This document shows positions 40,916 to 52,274 of a DNA stretch of 64,000 nucleotides, one piece after another. Source of the stretch: Protoeuglena noctilucae (lineage: Eukaryota); contig OY253674.1 in assembly GCA_958009085.1 (NCBI GenBank), forward strand, positions 992,001-1,056,000, given 5' to 3'. The position numbers and the translations under genes were made by a program. The notes beneath the pieces are model-generated. The model ran no database searches. It saw nothing but the letters and a program-made list of their open reading frames with translations, and had not been told where the DNA came from. The number at the start of each line of letters is the position of its first letter. Position 1 is the stretch's first letter.

Positions 40916-43900
40916 ATGTCGCTCGGCGAAGATGAATTTGAGATGTGGCTCGCGGTGGGCGCGGAGGTGAGCGCGAGCACTCCCGCAAAGGGAATAACAC
41001 TGTTAGTCAGTTGGGGGAGAGCATCGTGCGCCCACGTTGGGTCAGTTCCACGCGCAGGGTCAGCTGCCGAAGGAGGCGGGGGTGCGGGCGCTGCAGGCCG
41101 TCCACGACTTGGAGATGAGCCGCAAAGAGACGGCGTACCGGCACAAGCTGCGAGCCTGGAAAGCCCTCGAGCAGGAACGCAGCCTGGAGCTGGAGCGCGC
41201 TCGGAGGGAGGCGACGGTGAGTCGCTCGCCGCTCCCTAGTGCCGAGGGTCTCACGGGGCAGTCCGGCAAACGTCACGGATTCCTTCTCGCAGGCTGTGTC
41301 CAAGGACAACGCGGCCCTGCGCAAGGCCATTGCGGAGGCACGGGAGCAGCTGCTGGGGATGATGGGGCAACGCGACACGCTGGCAGCCCAGCGCGGGGCT
41401 CTGGAGGCCGCACTCACTGAGGCCGGAGGTGAGGCGCGCATGCTGAGTCTGGCGACGGCGAAGAGCGGGGCGCTGCCTTGCATTCACGCTTTGGTTTGCC
41501 TCGACTCCCAGTGGCACTGGACGAGGCAGCGCGTCGCGAGGAGGTGGCCACGCAGGAGAGCGCAAGGACAGTGGTGCGACTGAAGGCTGAGCTCGAAGTT
41601 GCCAAGCGGTGAGGGGTGGGGGGCTGGGCTGGGCGTGATGCGCGCACACAGGCACTTGGAGTCATGCAGCGTCCTGGCTTCCTCTGCAGCGCTGCACTGG
41701 ACGCCACGTCGCGCACGGATGCAGCGCTGGCTTCCCGTGAACAGTTGCTGGTGGAGCTGTCCGCCAAGGACGCTCGCCTCGCCGAGCTGGGTGCGTGGCA
41801 GCAGCGTGGCAACCTCCAGCGACATGTGACCATCGCCACGCTGCGAACCAAGACGCTTGGTTGGTCCTCGCAGAGCACGAGTCGGAACTGGCACGGGCCG
41901 CTGTCGATGAGCTGTCGCGAGCGGTGGCGTATGAGCGTGCTAAGCGCCAGGAGCTTGCGGAGCGCGGCGCGAGCCAAGGCCCAGCAGGGAGCCTTGTAGG
42001 CGTGTCGGCTGCAGGGCTTCCCGGCAATGCGACTCGGGCGCCGGTGGATGGGGCGAGGCTCGGCGCCGATGGCCCTGGGCCAGCTGGTGCGGCCTCCATG
42101 CTCTCCCCTCAACCCCAGGGGACCCACCGCGATGCGAGCCGCGATGCAGGGGACGAACCCGCAACCCAGCAGGCAAATGTGGCACGCGCGGCGCTGGAGT
42201 CCCAAGCGATGCGTCGGGTGAGTGTCCACCGCTGACCCTCGCGCCCTGCACGAGCGCATGGGAGTGCAACAGCCGCAGCGTTTCGGGTCTGCAGGAATCT
42301 GGGGGGCAAGCAAGCGTAGAGAGTGCTTCAAACAGCAGAGGAGGGCAGGCACTCGAGGATGTCAGCCAACGGGAGGCGGCTGGGGCGACAGGCGGAGAAG
42401 CGGGGGAAGTCGCCCCATCTCCTGTCAGGGGGCTCGGGGCAGCCTTGTCCGGTGTTTCGGGTGCAGTTCGTGACTCGGAGACTTTTAGCCAGAGCCAGGA
42501 TCGGGGGGTTATCGACAATTCGTCGGGGCTGGAGGGGTCGGACAGCGAGGCGCGTCATCTGGGCCCGGAGACAACGGTTATGGAAACGGCGGGCTTGACT
42601 GTGCCATCGGTGGCGCCACGAGGGCCAGCAGAGGAGCGAATGGGTCGATACACGGCAGATGCGGGCTGTCAGACGGACCCAGCAACGGCGGTCAGCGTGG
42701 GCGACGCAGCCCTGGCCGAGGCAGGGCTCGGCTCGGTCGCCAGCGTCGGTGTGCAGACCAGCCGCGTCGGGGGGCCTCCTGGGGACGAGCGGGAGAGCCA
42801 GGGCCTGCCGTCCGCGGCAGTCACTCAAACGGCAGTGGCACTGTCAGGGCAAGAGGCCAACCCGGCAAGCGTTGGGGTCCATGCAGCGTCGGGCGAGCCG
42901 GCAGCAGCGGAGGGCGGGGAGAGAGAGGCGGAAGCACGTGCTGCGGCCAGCGGCCGCATTGGCGCTGCAGCGTCCCCAATGCGGGAGGTCGGGGTGAGAT
43001 TTAAAGCCTTTTCCACCTGGGCAGGGGTCGATGATGCACCTCTCAACGTCCGATGCGCTGTCCCTCCGCAGGACACAGTGGCCTACCCTGCAGCCCAGGG
43101 CAGGGCATGCGATCCAGAGTCCACGATGCCCCGGGGGGGGGGGTACGTCGGCAGGAGGCCTGTCGGTGCGATGCTGGGCGAGGACACTTGGGCACAGTCG
43201 CACAATGGCCCAGAGCAGGTGCTGAAGGCTGCGTTCCCTTTGCCCTTTGCAGGGTCGCTGGCGCCCGACTACCGCGAGCTGCTGCGGGAGAACGTGGCAC
43301 TCGAGTCGCGCGTGGGTGCCCTGCGCGCGCACCTGGCGTCGTCGGCTGCGTGGTTGATGGACGTGGCGGAGCAGCGGTACGGCCGGCTGGTGCAGAGGGC
43401 GGCCCTGGCGCTGTGGAGGGCCGCGGCGGGGAGGGACCGCGTGGCGAGCCTGGCCCTCGCGGCGGCCCTGGAGGCGGAGAAGGGCGTGGGGGCGACGGCA
43501 CTCGAGCCGGGAGCGCCCAGGGAGAACGACGCGGGCGAAGACGAGGGGGAGCGGGAGACGAGCGGAGGGAAGGCTGGACGGCTGCCGAGTGACGATGCGA
43601 GCAAGGTCGTCGCGGTGCGCCAACACCTGGAGGGGCTGCTGCAGGTTTCGCAGCAGCGCATCGCGTCGCTCGAGGAGCAGCTGCGGGTGGCGAGTCAGCA
43701 GATTGCATCGCTGGAGGCGCGGCTGGGTCAGGCGCGCACCGATGCCGTGCTGCTCGACGAGGGGCGGCGCGCAGAGGCAGAGTCGCTGCGTGGGCAGCTG
43801 CGCGCGGCCCGGCGCACGCAGCTCGTCTGGCGTGTCGCGTGGCGTTGGGCGCAACTGGTCGTGTGCGGCAGCCGCCAGAGATACGTTGCCGCAAGCCAAT

Positions 43901-45355
43901 CGGGCCAGGCGGCCGCCGACGGGGCTGGGGCATCTGCGGGTGCAGCTGCACAGGCGGCAGGCAGCCTTGAGGCAGGGCAGCCGCTGGCTACACCTCCCAG
44001 CGCAGTCTCGGTCCACTCCCAGACCGAAGGCAGGGCCATCACCGCGAACGCCTCCACATCCACGGAGGTCCCTCGGCAGTCCCGGCCAGCGGCCGCTGGT
44101 CCCAAGAGGGCGCGCTCGCGAGGCAGGCTTTCGAGTGGAGCGGCGGCTGGGCCGTTGGCCCCTCCACCCGCCCAGGCCAGCGCAGTGGCCGCGACGCCAC
44201 CAAGGCCCGCGTTGCCGCCACAAGTGCTTCGCGGCGTCACGCTCGCGGCGAGGGCCGCGCAGGAGGCCTCTGCCGTGAGTGCTGCCGCGCACTGGCTCGT
44301 GCTGTGAGGCACGGAACGCCGCTGCCGACCCTTGGCTCGTCGTTGATTGCAGCTCCGGTCGTCGTTCGTGGTGTGGAGGCTCGAGACCAAAGCACATATT
44401 GCGGCGCGGCAGTGGGGTGCAGTTTCAAGGTGCGGGACGAGGCCGACGAACATGCAAAGCTTAACGTTGGGTGGCAGCACGTGGCATGACCCTCACTTGC
44501 ATCCGTGTCCCACCGCAGGGAGGGAGAGGCGAGGGTGCAAGAGGGGCAGCCTGCAGAAGAGAGCTGTGCGCAGGCAAGGCCGTTCAAGAACGGGAAGCGG
44601 CACGCGTGCGCTTGCTGTCGCGCAATGTGCATGTGATTGACACACCGGGTCCTGATTTGCTGCGCAGGGGCCTGCTGTCGCGCCACCGGGCCCGCTGCAA
44701 TCGGTGGCCGCGGCGGTGAGCAAGCTTGCGTCCGCTGACATTGACGATCTGCGGGGCCGCCTGCACCACGAGATCATCGCCCTCAAGCATGTCTTGGAGG
44801 TGAGTGCAGCGTGTGCCAAGTGACTGGCAGACACCGCCATAGGAGAGCGGAGGGGAGGTTGTCCGTGTTGCCGCCGCTGCAGGGGTACAAGGACACGTTT
44901 GGGCCGGCCCACCCCTCGCTCGGGGGCCCAGCTCCATCAGCCACGACAAAGCAGCCATCCCGATACGCAGAGTGGACGCGGACGCCCGCGTCCCTGGGGC
45001 AGAGGCTGAAACGCCTGGACACGCTCAGGTGCCCCTGGCATGTGCTTCAACAAGCGGACTGCTGCCTCATTCGCGTGAGGTGATTTTCAAAGTCAACTGT
45101 GCTGTGCCCGCAGCCACGCGCTGGAATCGAGCGCGGCGACCGTCAAGCGGTGGCTGGCGGTCTCGCGGGAGCTCAGCGCGATGCACTTGGTGCCCCGCTC
45201 GATGGAGCAGGCACAGGTGGGCCAGCGCACAAGCCGAAGCCGCTGCGTGCACTCTACCCTACCCTGCGCTGACGTGCGCTAAGGGTGGCTTGTGCCGTCA
45301 TCTGTGCTCGCAGGATGCCTTGGAGCGGAGAGTCCTCCTCACCGCGTCCAAGTAA
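40916..45355 (+). CDS. Large coiled-coil hypothetical protein (multi-exon)
   Basis: GT-AG-bounded exons rich in E/A/R/L heptads (e.g. QQRIASLEEQLRVASQQIASLEARL) with low-complexity linkers. Last exon DALERRVLLTASK*. No family recognised. Confidence 0.55.
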
Positions 45356-45384
45356 CCGAGTCATGTGGACCTTCACAGCATGCA

Positions 45385-47622
45385 CTACCTGGTCTCTGGT
45401 CTTCCTTTCCTCAGCATCCGCAGCCGCGCCTTCAGACCCTCCACGCCGCTGTTGTGTGAACTTGAGGACGACGAGTCGAGGCTGCCACGCCTCTTCCGCT
45501 CATCGTCGTCGCTCGGAAGCGGATCATCCGCCCTGCGGCGCAGACAGAGCCCCGAAAAGCTGATCGAAACCCCAATCAGCAACGGCTCCGAGACATGCTT
45601 CCGAATTAAGCTTGCAGGCTCACCCTGCGGAGCCCAAGTCCAGCCCCTGTGGTCCGCCACGCTTGCTCTCTTCCCACGCGGACCGCAGAACCCGAACAGC
45701 CTCTGCGGCAGCCGCCCTCGCTGCTGACGAGAGCCGCTCAAACCCCTCGCCCCTCTCCCCCACGCGTGCCCCGGGCGCCAGGCACCGCTCCAGGATCTCC
45801 GCCATGTGCGCATACTCGGGGCGCCGGAGCTTGCCGGGGAGCTGCGGGCCGTCGTGGTGTGCCCACACGGCCAGGAGCAGGGCTTCGTAGTCGCCCTTGC
45901 CCCAGCGCACGCGCAGCGGCCCAGAGTCCAGCAGCGCACTGCAGAACCGCACCAGGCGCTCCTCTGGGAGGGCTGGGGCAGCGGCCTCCGCCAGCCACCT
46001 GGGAGGACGGAGGGCAAGGGCATGTCAGCGCTGCGATACCAGCAACCGGGACACCGGGAGTTGCAGCAAGCACCCGCCAAAAAGCTCACCGTCCGCCCAT
46101 GCGCTTGACCGTGGCGACGACCAACTTGGTCACGCCCTCTGCCGAGGTGGACGGCGTCAGCGAGGCGAGATCCGTGGCCCTGCGAGTGGTGGCATGGTGC
46201 TGCTCTTAGAGCAAGGACTCCACCTGGGTCAGACATCTCTTCTCAAACACGCACATCGTACGCAAGCACCGACCTCATCCGCCGGGTCGGCAGCGCCTCC
46301 TCCCACTCCTCCTCCTCCCACCTCCGCTTGGATGGCGGCCGTGGTTTTTGCCCCCTTTCCCGGTCCCTGTCCCGCGACACCCCGAAAATGCGTCGCAGCT
46401 CCTCGTCGTCCGCCCGCACCTCCAGAGAGTCCCTCGGCGCAGCCTCTTGGGACCCCACGTCCTCATCCACGTGGTGAGTCGGGTGCACGCTCGCGGCGCC
46501 CTCTCCATCCCTGTCCATTGAAGGCGCGCGCTGCTCTCGAGGCTTCGGGCTGACACGGCCCAGGCCCCGATCGTCCTCAGCAGCCGGGACAGCAGGGGGC
46601 GATGGCGCCCGCACCCGCACGCTCTGGTACATCGCCAGTGTGTCAGCGTCCATCTCGGCACCCCGGTTGCCCTTGACTCGGAAAGCGACGTCTGCGGTCG
46701 GCTCCTCCGCCTGCCGAGAAGCAGCGGCGTCAGCCACAGGCAGCTCGGCCCCCGAGTGGTCGCCGACGCTCCGGTGCCCCCCTCGCCCTCGCGGCAGACA
46801 CACGGCCAGCATGGCATCGGCAAACTCGTCCGCGTACATGTGCACCAGCTCGCCGTCCCCCAGGGTCTCCCTGCAGGGGCGGGACGAGCAGGTCGCAGTG
46901 CCTCGTCTGCAGGCGGGTGGAGTCGCGATGCAAAAGGTGCGCTTGCACGCTCACGCACCTCAGGTCCTCCGAGCGCCAGAAGTCGGGGCAGAAGTGCACC
47001 AAGTTGCGCACCGTGGCGACCACGTCCAGCTCGCAGAAGTAATGCATGCGCTTGGTAACGGCGATGGGAGCCTGGCCGTGACGGCCGGCCCACACCAGGA
47101 GGTGCCACATGTCGTTGCGGTGGGCGAGGGAGAAGCTCGCCAGCGCCTTGGCACCGCGCTGGAAGGCGGAGGGCCCCTGCATGCTGAAGTGGTCGAACCA
47201 GGCCCGGATGCGGCTGTCGCTCGCGGCGAAGAAGAGCGTCAGCAGGGGCGCGTCTGCAGCCACGACCCTCGCCACCACGGCCGTCGGGTCGTCGAGGCAC
47301 GCCTGCCTCAAGACGCGGCGGCATGCGGGCTCAAGCTCGCTGGCCTCGTCCTCTGGGTCACTGGGAGGGCAGGGCGAGGCAGCCGGATCCGCAAAGCTGA
47401 GTTCAGGAAGCAAGGACACGCAAAGCGGACATTTCGGGTGTCCGCTCACTCAGGTCGCGGGACGAGGCGCTTGGCCTTGGACACGGCCGCGTCGACGGGC
47501 ACGTGAGCCGCACGGAGGGCCCTCTCGAGGACCAGCCGCAGCTCGGCGGTCACAGACCTGGCCTTCCGCAGCTCATCCACGAGACGATCGTAGTGGACGG
47601 GGGTGTCATGCCGGGCCTGCAT
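45385..47622 (-). CDS. Conserved green-lineage protein of unknown function
   Basis: Exon RIRAWFDHFS...GAKALASFSLAHRNDMWHLLVWAGRHGQAPIAVTKRMHYFCELDVVATVRNL...PDFW resembles a plant uncharacterised family I recall (WKGKHGQSPAVVATKPHY..LDV..TV.NF). Gene ends are approximate. Confidence 0.58.
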
Positions 47623-47907
47623 CAAGAAGGGGATACGGCTCGCGGGGGAGTGCCCCGAGCACCGAGCACATCAACGCACACATGCTTCGCCGTGTCTCAA
47701 TTTGCCAAAAAAGCGAGGGCCAGTGCCAGGAATTGGCTCTGACGGTGGCACTGAAAGACTAAATGACTTCCAGCGCCACGTAACGCGAGTGAGCGTGGCG
47801 GAAGTGTCTGATCCATTCCGTTGTATCGGGGTGTCTGTGAAGCTCTGCACGAAGCGGGGGTTTAGCGCGCTGCCGGAGCGCGGGGAGCACGTTTGACGCT
47901 GGCGCAG

Positions 47908-48995
47908 ATGGACCATGACACGAAGGCGTACGCCCGCAGCAAACGGCGGTCCACGTTGCGACACTCCAGGGGACGAGGGCGCAGAGTGCCAAAGCTAGCA
48001 GAAGAGGACGCTGCCCAGGACGAGGGGCCCACGGTACGTGCCAACCACCGTGCCCCGCGCAGCGCAGTGCGCGATGCGGCCGAAATCGTATGGTGAATGC
48101 TCTTGTGCGCTTTGTGCCTTCCAGGACGCCGATGGAGATGCAGGGGAGGACGTGGCGCCGGAGAAAGAGGGCTCGGCGGGCGCCGACCTGCGGGAGCTCC
48201 TGGCCAGGGTGGAGAATCGCACGCAGGTGGCAAGCCGCCGGTATTACCGGGCGTGGGACGAGGCGAAGGATCCGGGGAAGGCCCTTCCATCAGCCGGGGC
48301 TGCGGAGACGTACTTGGAGATCGACGCCGAGGTGCGTGGAGCCTTGCAACGAGACAGTTTAGCCGTTGTAATGCTTTTCAAAGCTCGGACAGCTGCGATC
48401 TACCCTTTCGACCAACGTTTGTAGCCGCTGCTGCCCCCCGCAGAACCTCGGCTTGTGCCTGGGCCACTTGGAGCTGCACCAGGTGTTGCGGTGCCACCGG
48501 AACGACATCCCACCCGACCTCCAGGGGCGCCCCGTGGCAGACTGGGAGACGGACGGCCTGTGCGACAAGCTGATGCGGGTGCGGGAAGGGCGCAGGCAGG
48601 CCGAGGCACGGCCGTCGCCGGGGCCAAGAGAAGCCCATGCCGCGCCGTCAGCTGGGCAGCAAGCACCAGGGGGGACGCCCTCAATCGCGGGCGTCCCATC
48701 TCCGGCCCAGCCTGCAGCCAAGCCCGCGGCACCCTCCCCCCAACGACCTCCGACGCGGTGAGGACCAGCGAGCGACGAGCGACGACCATGACCACGACAT
48801 GCATCATGCGCCACTAAGCAATCTGTTCGCATTGGTGAACGCCGGCCGCATCCCGGGGATCCCCGCAGGTCCAGGGTGGACGATGACCTGGATGACCTGC
48901 TGGGCCCGCCTAGGCCTCGGCCCACGGATCCAGGCGCCCGCGTCACACAGCGCCCCGCCGTGGCCGACATCGACGACCTGCTCGACGGCCTCTGA
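47908..48995 (+). CDS. Small disordered protein, RIPR/CER16- or AVEN-like (4 exons)
   Basis: N-terminus MDHDTKAYARSKR, internal SAGADLRELL and acidic-Leu ends DDDLDDLL and DIDDLLDGL*. Short-motif similarity only. Confidence 0.45.
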
Positions 48996-49023
48996 CAGGG
49001 CGGGCGTCGCTGTCGACTGTCGC

Positions 49024-50327
49024 TCATCGCAGGGAGTCGGCGACCCGCAGCACCTCGAGCACGTCCACCTGCTCCGGGTAGTGCTGCAGGAGGTCCACGT
49101 TGGCGGCGAAGTCCCCGCGGAGGAGCTGGGCGCGGACGTCCGGGTGGCACAGCATGGCCAGGCAGACGCGGAGGAGGGCGCCGGGCCGGTCGTCGGCGTG
49201 GCAGAGGATGTGGTCCCAGAAGGGCAGGACGCGGTCCATGGCAAAGACCTGCGTCAGGAGCGTGGATAACCACCGCAGGGCGTAGAAGTGCGGCTGGACG
49301 CCGTTCTCCTGCTCCAGGTGCCGCCAGAGCTCCGGGTCGCGGGCGGCCAGCTGCCGCGACAAGCTGGCCAGCACTGCGTGGATGCCCTGCACCGAGTGGT
49401 CCATGGTGGGCGAGAACCAGTCCCTGGGGAGGCCGGGGGGTGGCAGGCTGCGTGGTGCACCGGAGCGCCGCTGTGCTCCACCCCGCGCGAGTCGGGCATG
49501 CTCACCGGAAGTCCGCCATGAGCTCGGTGATGGCCCAGAAGGCGTCGGCCTCCGCGCCGGACGCGTCACCCTCCTCGGCTCCGAGGGAGAAGACGTAGTA
49601 GAGGGGCGCGGCGATCTCGTTCATGCCCTGCACGTAGCGCACGCTCGGGTTGAGCCGGGCAAAGATGAAGAGAGCGCGCTGGAGCTCCTCGCGGTGCCTC
49701 TCGGCCACCGACGATGCGTCCCAGAAGAAGGGCAGCTCGCACTGCGTCCTCCGCACGTCCAGCTCCATCTGGTCCATCATCTCCTTGTCCCGGAAGAAGG
49801 TCCCCTGCGGCAGGGGCTCAGCGACCGTGTAACAGACGGTCGGTAGCTGGCCGGGCCCGGCGCCAGCCGCGTGCGCTCACCCAGCCACTCTGCTCGTTCC
49901 GCGTCAAGGGGTGGTCGTCTCCGTCCTCCGACCTCTTGGGCCCGGCTCCCGCAGCCCGGGCCTCCGGCTGAGGCCCTAAGAGATCCACGGGCCTCCGCGT
50001 CGGACCAGACGCCTGCTGCCGCCACTCCTCGTACTGCAGGCGCTTCCTCTGCAGCGCACTGGCCCGCCCGCCCCGCTCCAAAGGGACCAACTTGAGCAAC
50101 ACACGCCAGCACTGGGCCCGAAGGCGGTGGCTGCGCCCTGGGATGCCCCAGCAGCAGAGCGCTCGAATGAGCTGCAGGTCGGCCACGGGGGCTGCGAGCG
50201 CCTGGCTGAGCTCGGCTTGCAACCTGAGGTGGCCGGCTTCGGGCGGCGCGCCGGCCCGTTGGAAAGGGCTGCGCGAAGGACTCTCGTGAAAAAGCGGCTG
50301 CCTGGAGGGCCTAGCGCCGTTCCCCAT
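49024..50327 (-). CDS. Rab-GAP TBC-domain protein (TBC1D13-like)
   Basis: Motifs GIP..LRAQCWRVLL, DHPL, MELDVRRT (R-finger), YVQGMNEI (Q-finger), EADAFW, FYALRW and GDFAANVDLLQHYP. Confidence 0.9.
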
Positions 50328-51397
50328 CGATGCTACCTGCACGACCGGGGCAGGCACGCGGGGGATCGGGTGCAGGCTCTGCCAGCGTGCTGAGCGCCTC
50401 GCTCGCCTGGCCCGCGGCATCAGAGACCCGCACCTCCCTCCCAGAGGACCCACGCTTCGCAGGGCTCGAGAAGGGGTTCACGGCAGGCGCTGGCGACGAG
50501 GGCCCTGCGCACGCGGCCGCGAGAGACTCTGCTGGGTCACGCTACGCCACGCTTCTTGCCACCTGCGCCTCAATGGGTCTGTTCTCACCGACGCTGTGTG
50601 CGGGATGTCTTGAACCTAAGTCGTTGAGCTGCGTGGTGGTCGCGGTCGGCTCAAATTCCCACCAGTGCAGACCCCGCAGCTGCTCTCCGAGGTGCGCCCC
50701 AATTTTCTGCGCGTCGAGAGGACGAGCAAGAGCATAGGGGATGCACACATGACAAACATAGTTTCTTCATACCACCGCAAATGCCGAGAGCCCCTTAGAG
50801 AGCTGCACGCACCTGAGCTCGGGCCAACAAGGCACCGGGCAGGCCAGCGGCCATGGAGCGCCCCTTCTGAGGCGTCTCAGCATTGCCGTCCTCCCTGTCA
50901 GAGGTCACGCTCCCATTATAGCCTGGGCGCATGGCCTCTAGACCGCGGAACGGCCAGCGCTCCGGGACTGGGCCTCCCAGCGCACGCGCCCGCGCTGTGG
51001 GTGAGGGATGCCCCCTTGCCAGAGACGCTAGAACGACATGCTCTTTGGCCAGCTCAAAGTAATTGCTCGGTAAAGGTTGGCAGGGAGACACAGCACGCGT
51101 GGATGGCGCACCAGCACACCGCAACAAGGGCTGATGGATTGAGTGCGCTCAAGAGTTACAGTTCTCTTCTCAATAATGACGCAGATCTCTTGATAAAACT
51201 GGGCCTGAAACCCCTGAGTCAGCTGGAAGACGAAAAGACTCCGCGCTGGGCCAGAGCACATGGCCCCGCAACAGCCCTTCCCACCGTCACAAGTCGCGTG
51301 TTAGCACCTTTGCAGCAGACTGGGGTCGCCGCCTGCGCGTTACACTCAGCAGAACAGCCGCCTGCCTTCCGGACCCTCCCAGCCTGGCTCGCCGACA

Positions 51398-52181
51398 ATG
51401 AGTACCCCGGACCCGTTTGAGACCCACGACGATGGTTCGGCAAAGGATCCCATCGCGTTCAGGTGCGCAGTGGTCTTTGGGATGGCTGGCGAGCGCGGTT
51501 GCCCATGACGAAGTGCGCACACTTAGACCCGGGAGTCGCGCCTCCAGGCGCGCGACGCGGCGCCGTGACCATCGCATCTGCATAATCAAACCATTTTCTG
51601 TGCCTCGCAGCTGCTGGCGGTGGAAATGCGGCGATCTTGTGCGCAAGGCTGCGACACCCTTGTGCTGGCCCATGCTCGCAGGCAGGCCCTCATGCTCGAC
51701 CCCGAGCGATCGAAGGCGATCGAGAGTGACCCTTCCATTCGCGACGTCGTCATGGGCGACGACATCAGCGCCTTCCAAGACCTCCTCCGGGCCTCTTACA
51801 AGGTGAGGTCCCACCGTCTGCCGAAACGGCCGTGACTGCCGAGGCACAATGTTCCTTCAACTCATGCCGGCTTCAATGAGCAACGACGCAGGCAGAGAAG
51901 AAGCGCATGGAAAAGTACCAGCAGTCCTTGGGGGAGCGAACCATCGACGCCCAGCGCACCGACGCGGTGGTGCCCAGGGACACGGTGCAGCTGTACGAGC
52001 AGATGCGCGAGGTGAGGGCGGGCAAAGGGAGCAGGCATTCGACACACCACGCTGCTGTCGGCGCGGTCCACAGCGTCGTGCCCCGCCGCCCCGCCCGCAG
52101 GCCGGGCTCGAGTACGGGCCCAACTTCCGGCTGCTCCGGAACGTGCACGTGCCCGAGTCGGTCATGGCAGACATGGAGTGA
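51398..52181 (+). CDS. Small 4-exon protein with a DDI1-helical-domain-like N-half and a PKS-dehydratase-like GLEYGPxF motif
   Basis: Exons splice cleanly: MSTPDPFETHDDGSAKDPIAFR|QALMLDPERSKAIESDPSIRDVVMGDDISAFQDLLRASYK|AEKKR...QLYEQMRE|AGLEYGPNFRLLRNVHVPE..*. Confidence 0.68.
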
Positions 52182-52274
52182 GCGCCGGCGAGAAGGGGCC
52201 AGCTAGAGACTAGGAAAGGCGGTGAACAGACCGAAGGGCCGCCGCGGAAGGGTGTTGAAGTGTGTCAAAGGCCG

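Noticed and set aside
51125..51225. Possible box C/D snoRNA (TGATG/ATGAC...CTGA words)
   Set aside because: There is no proper RTGATGA box C, terminal stem or recognisable rRNA guide.
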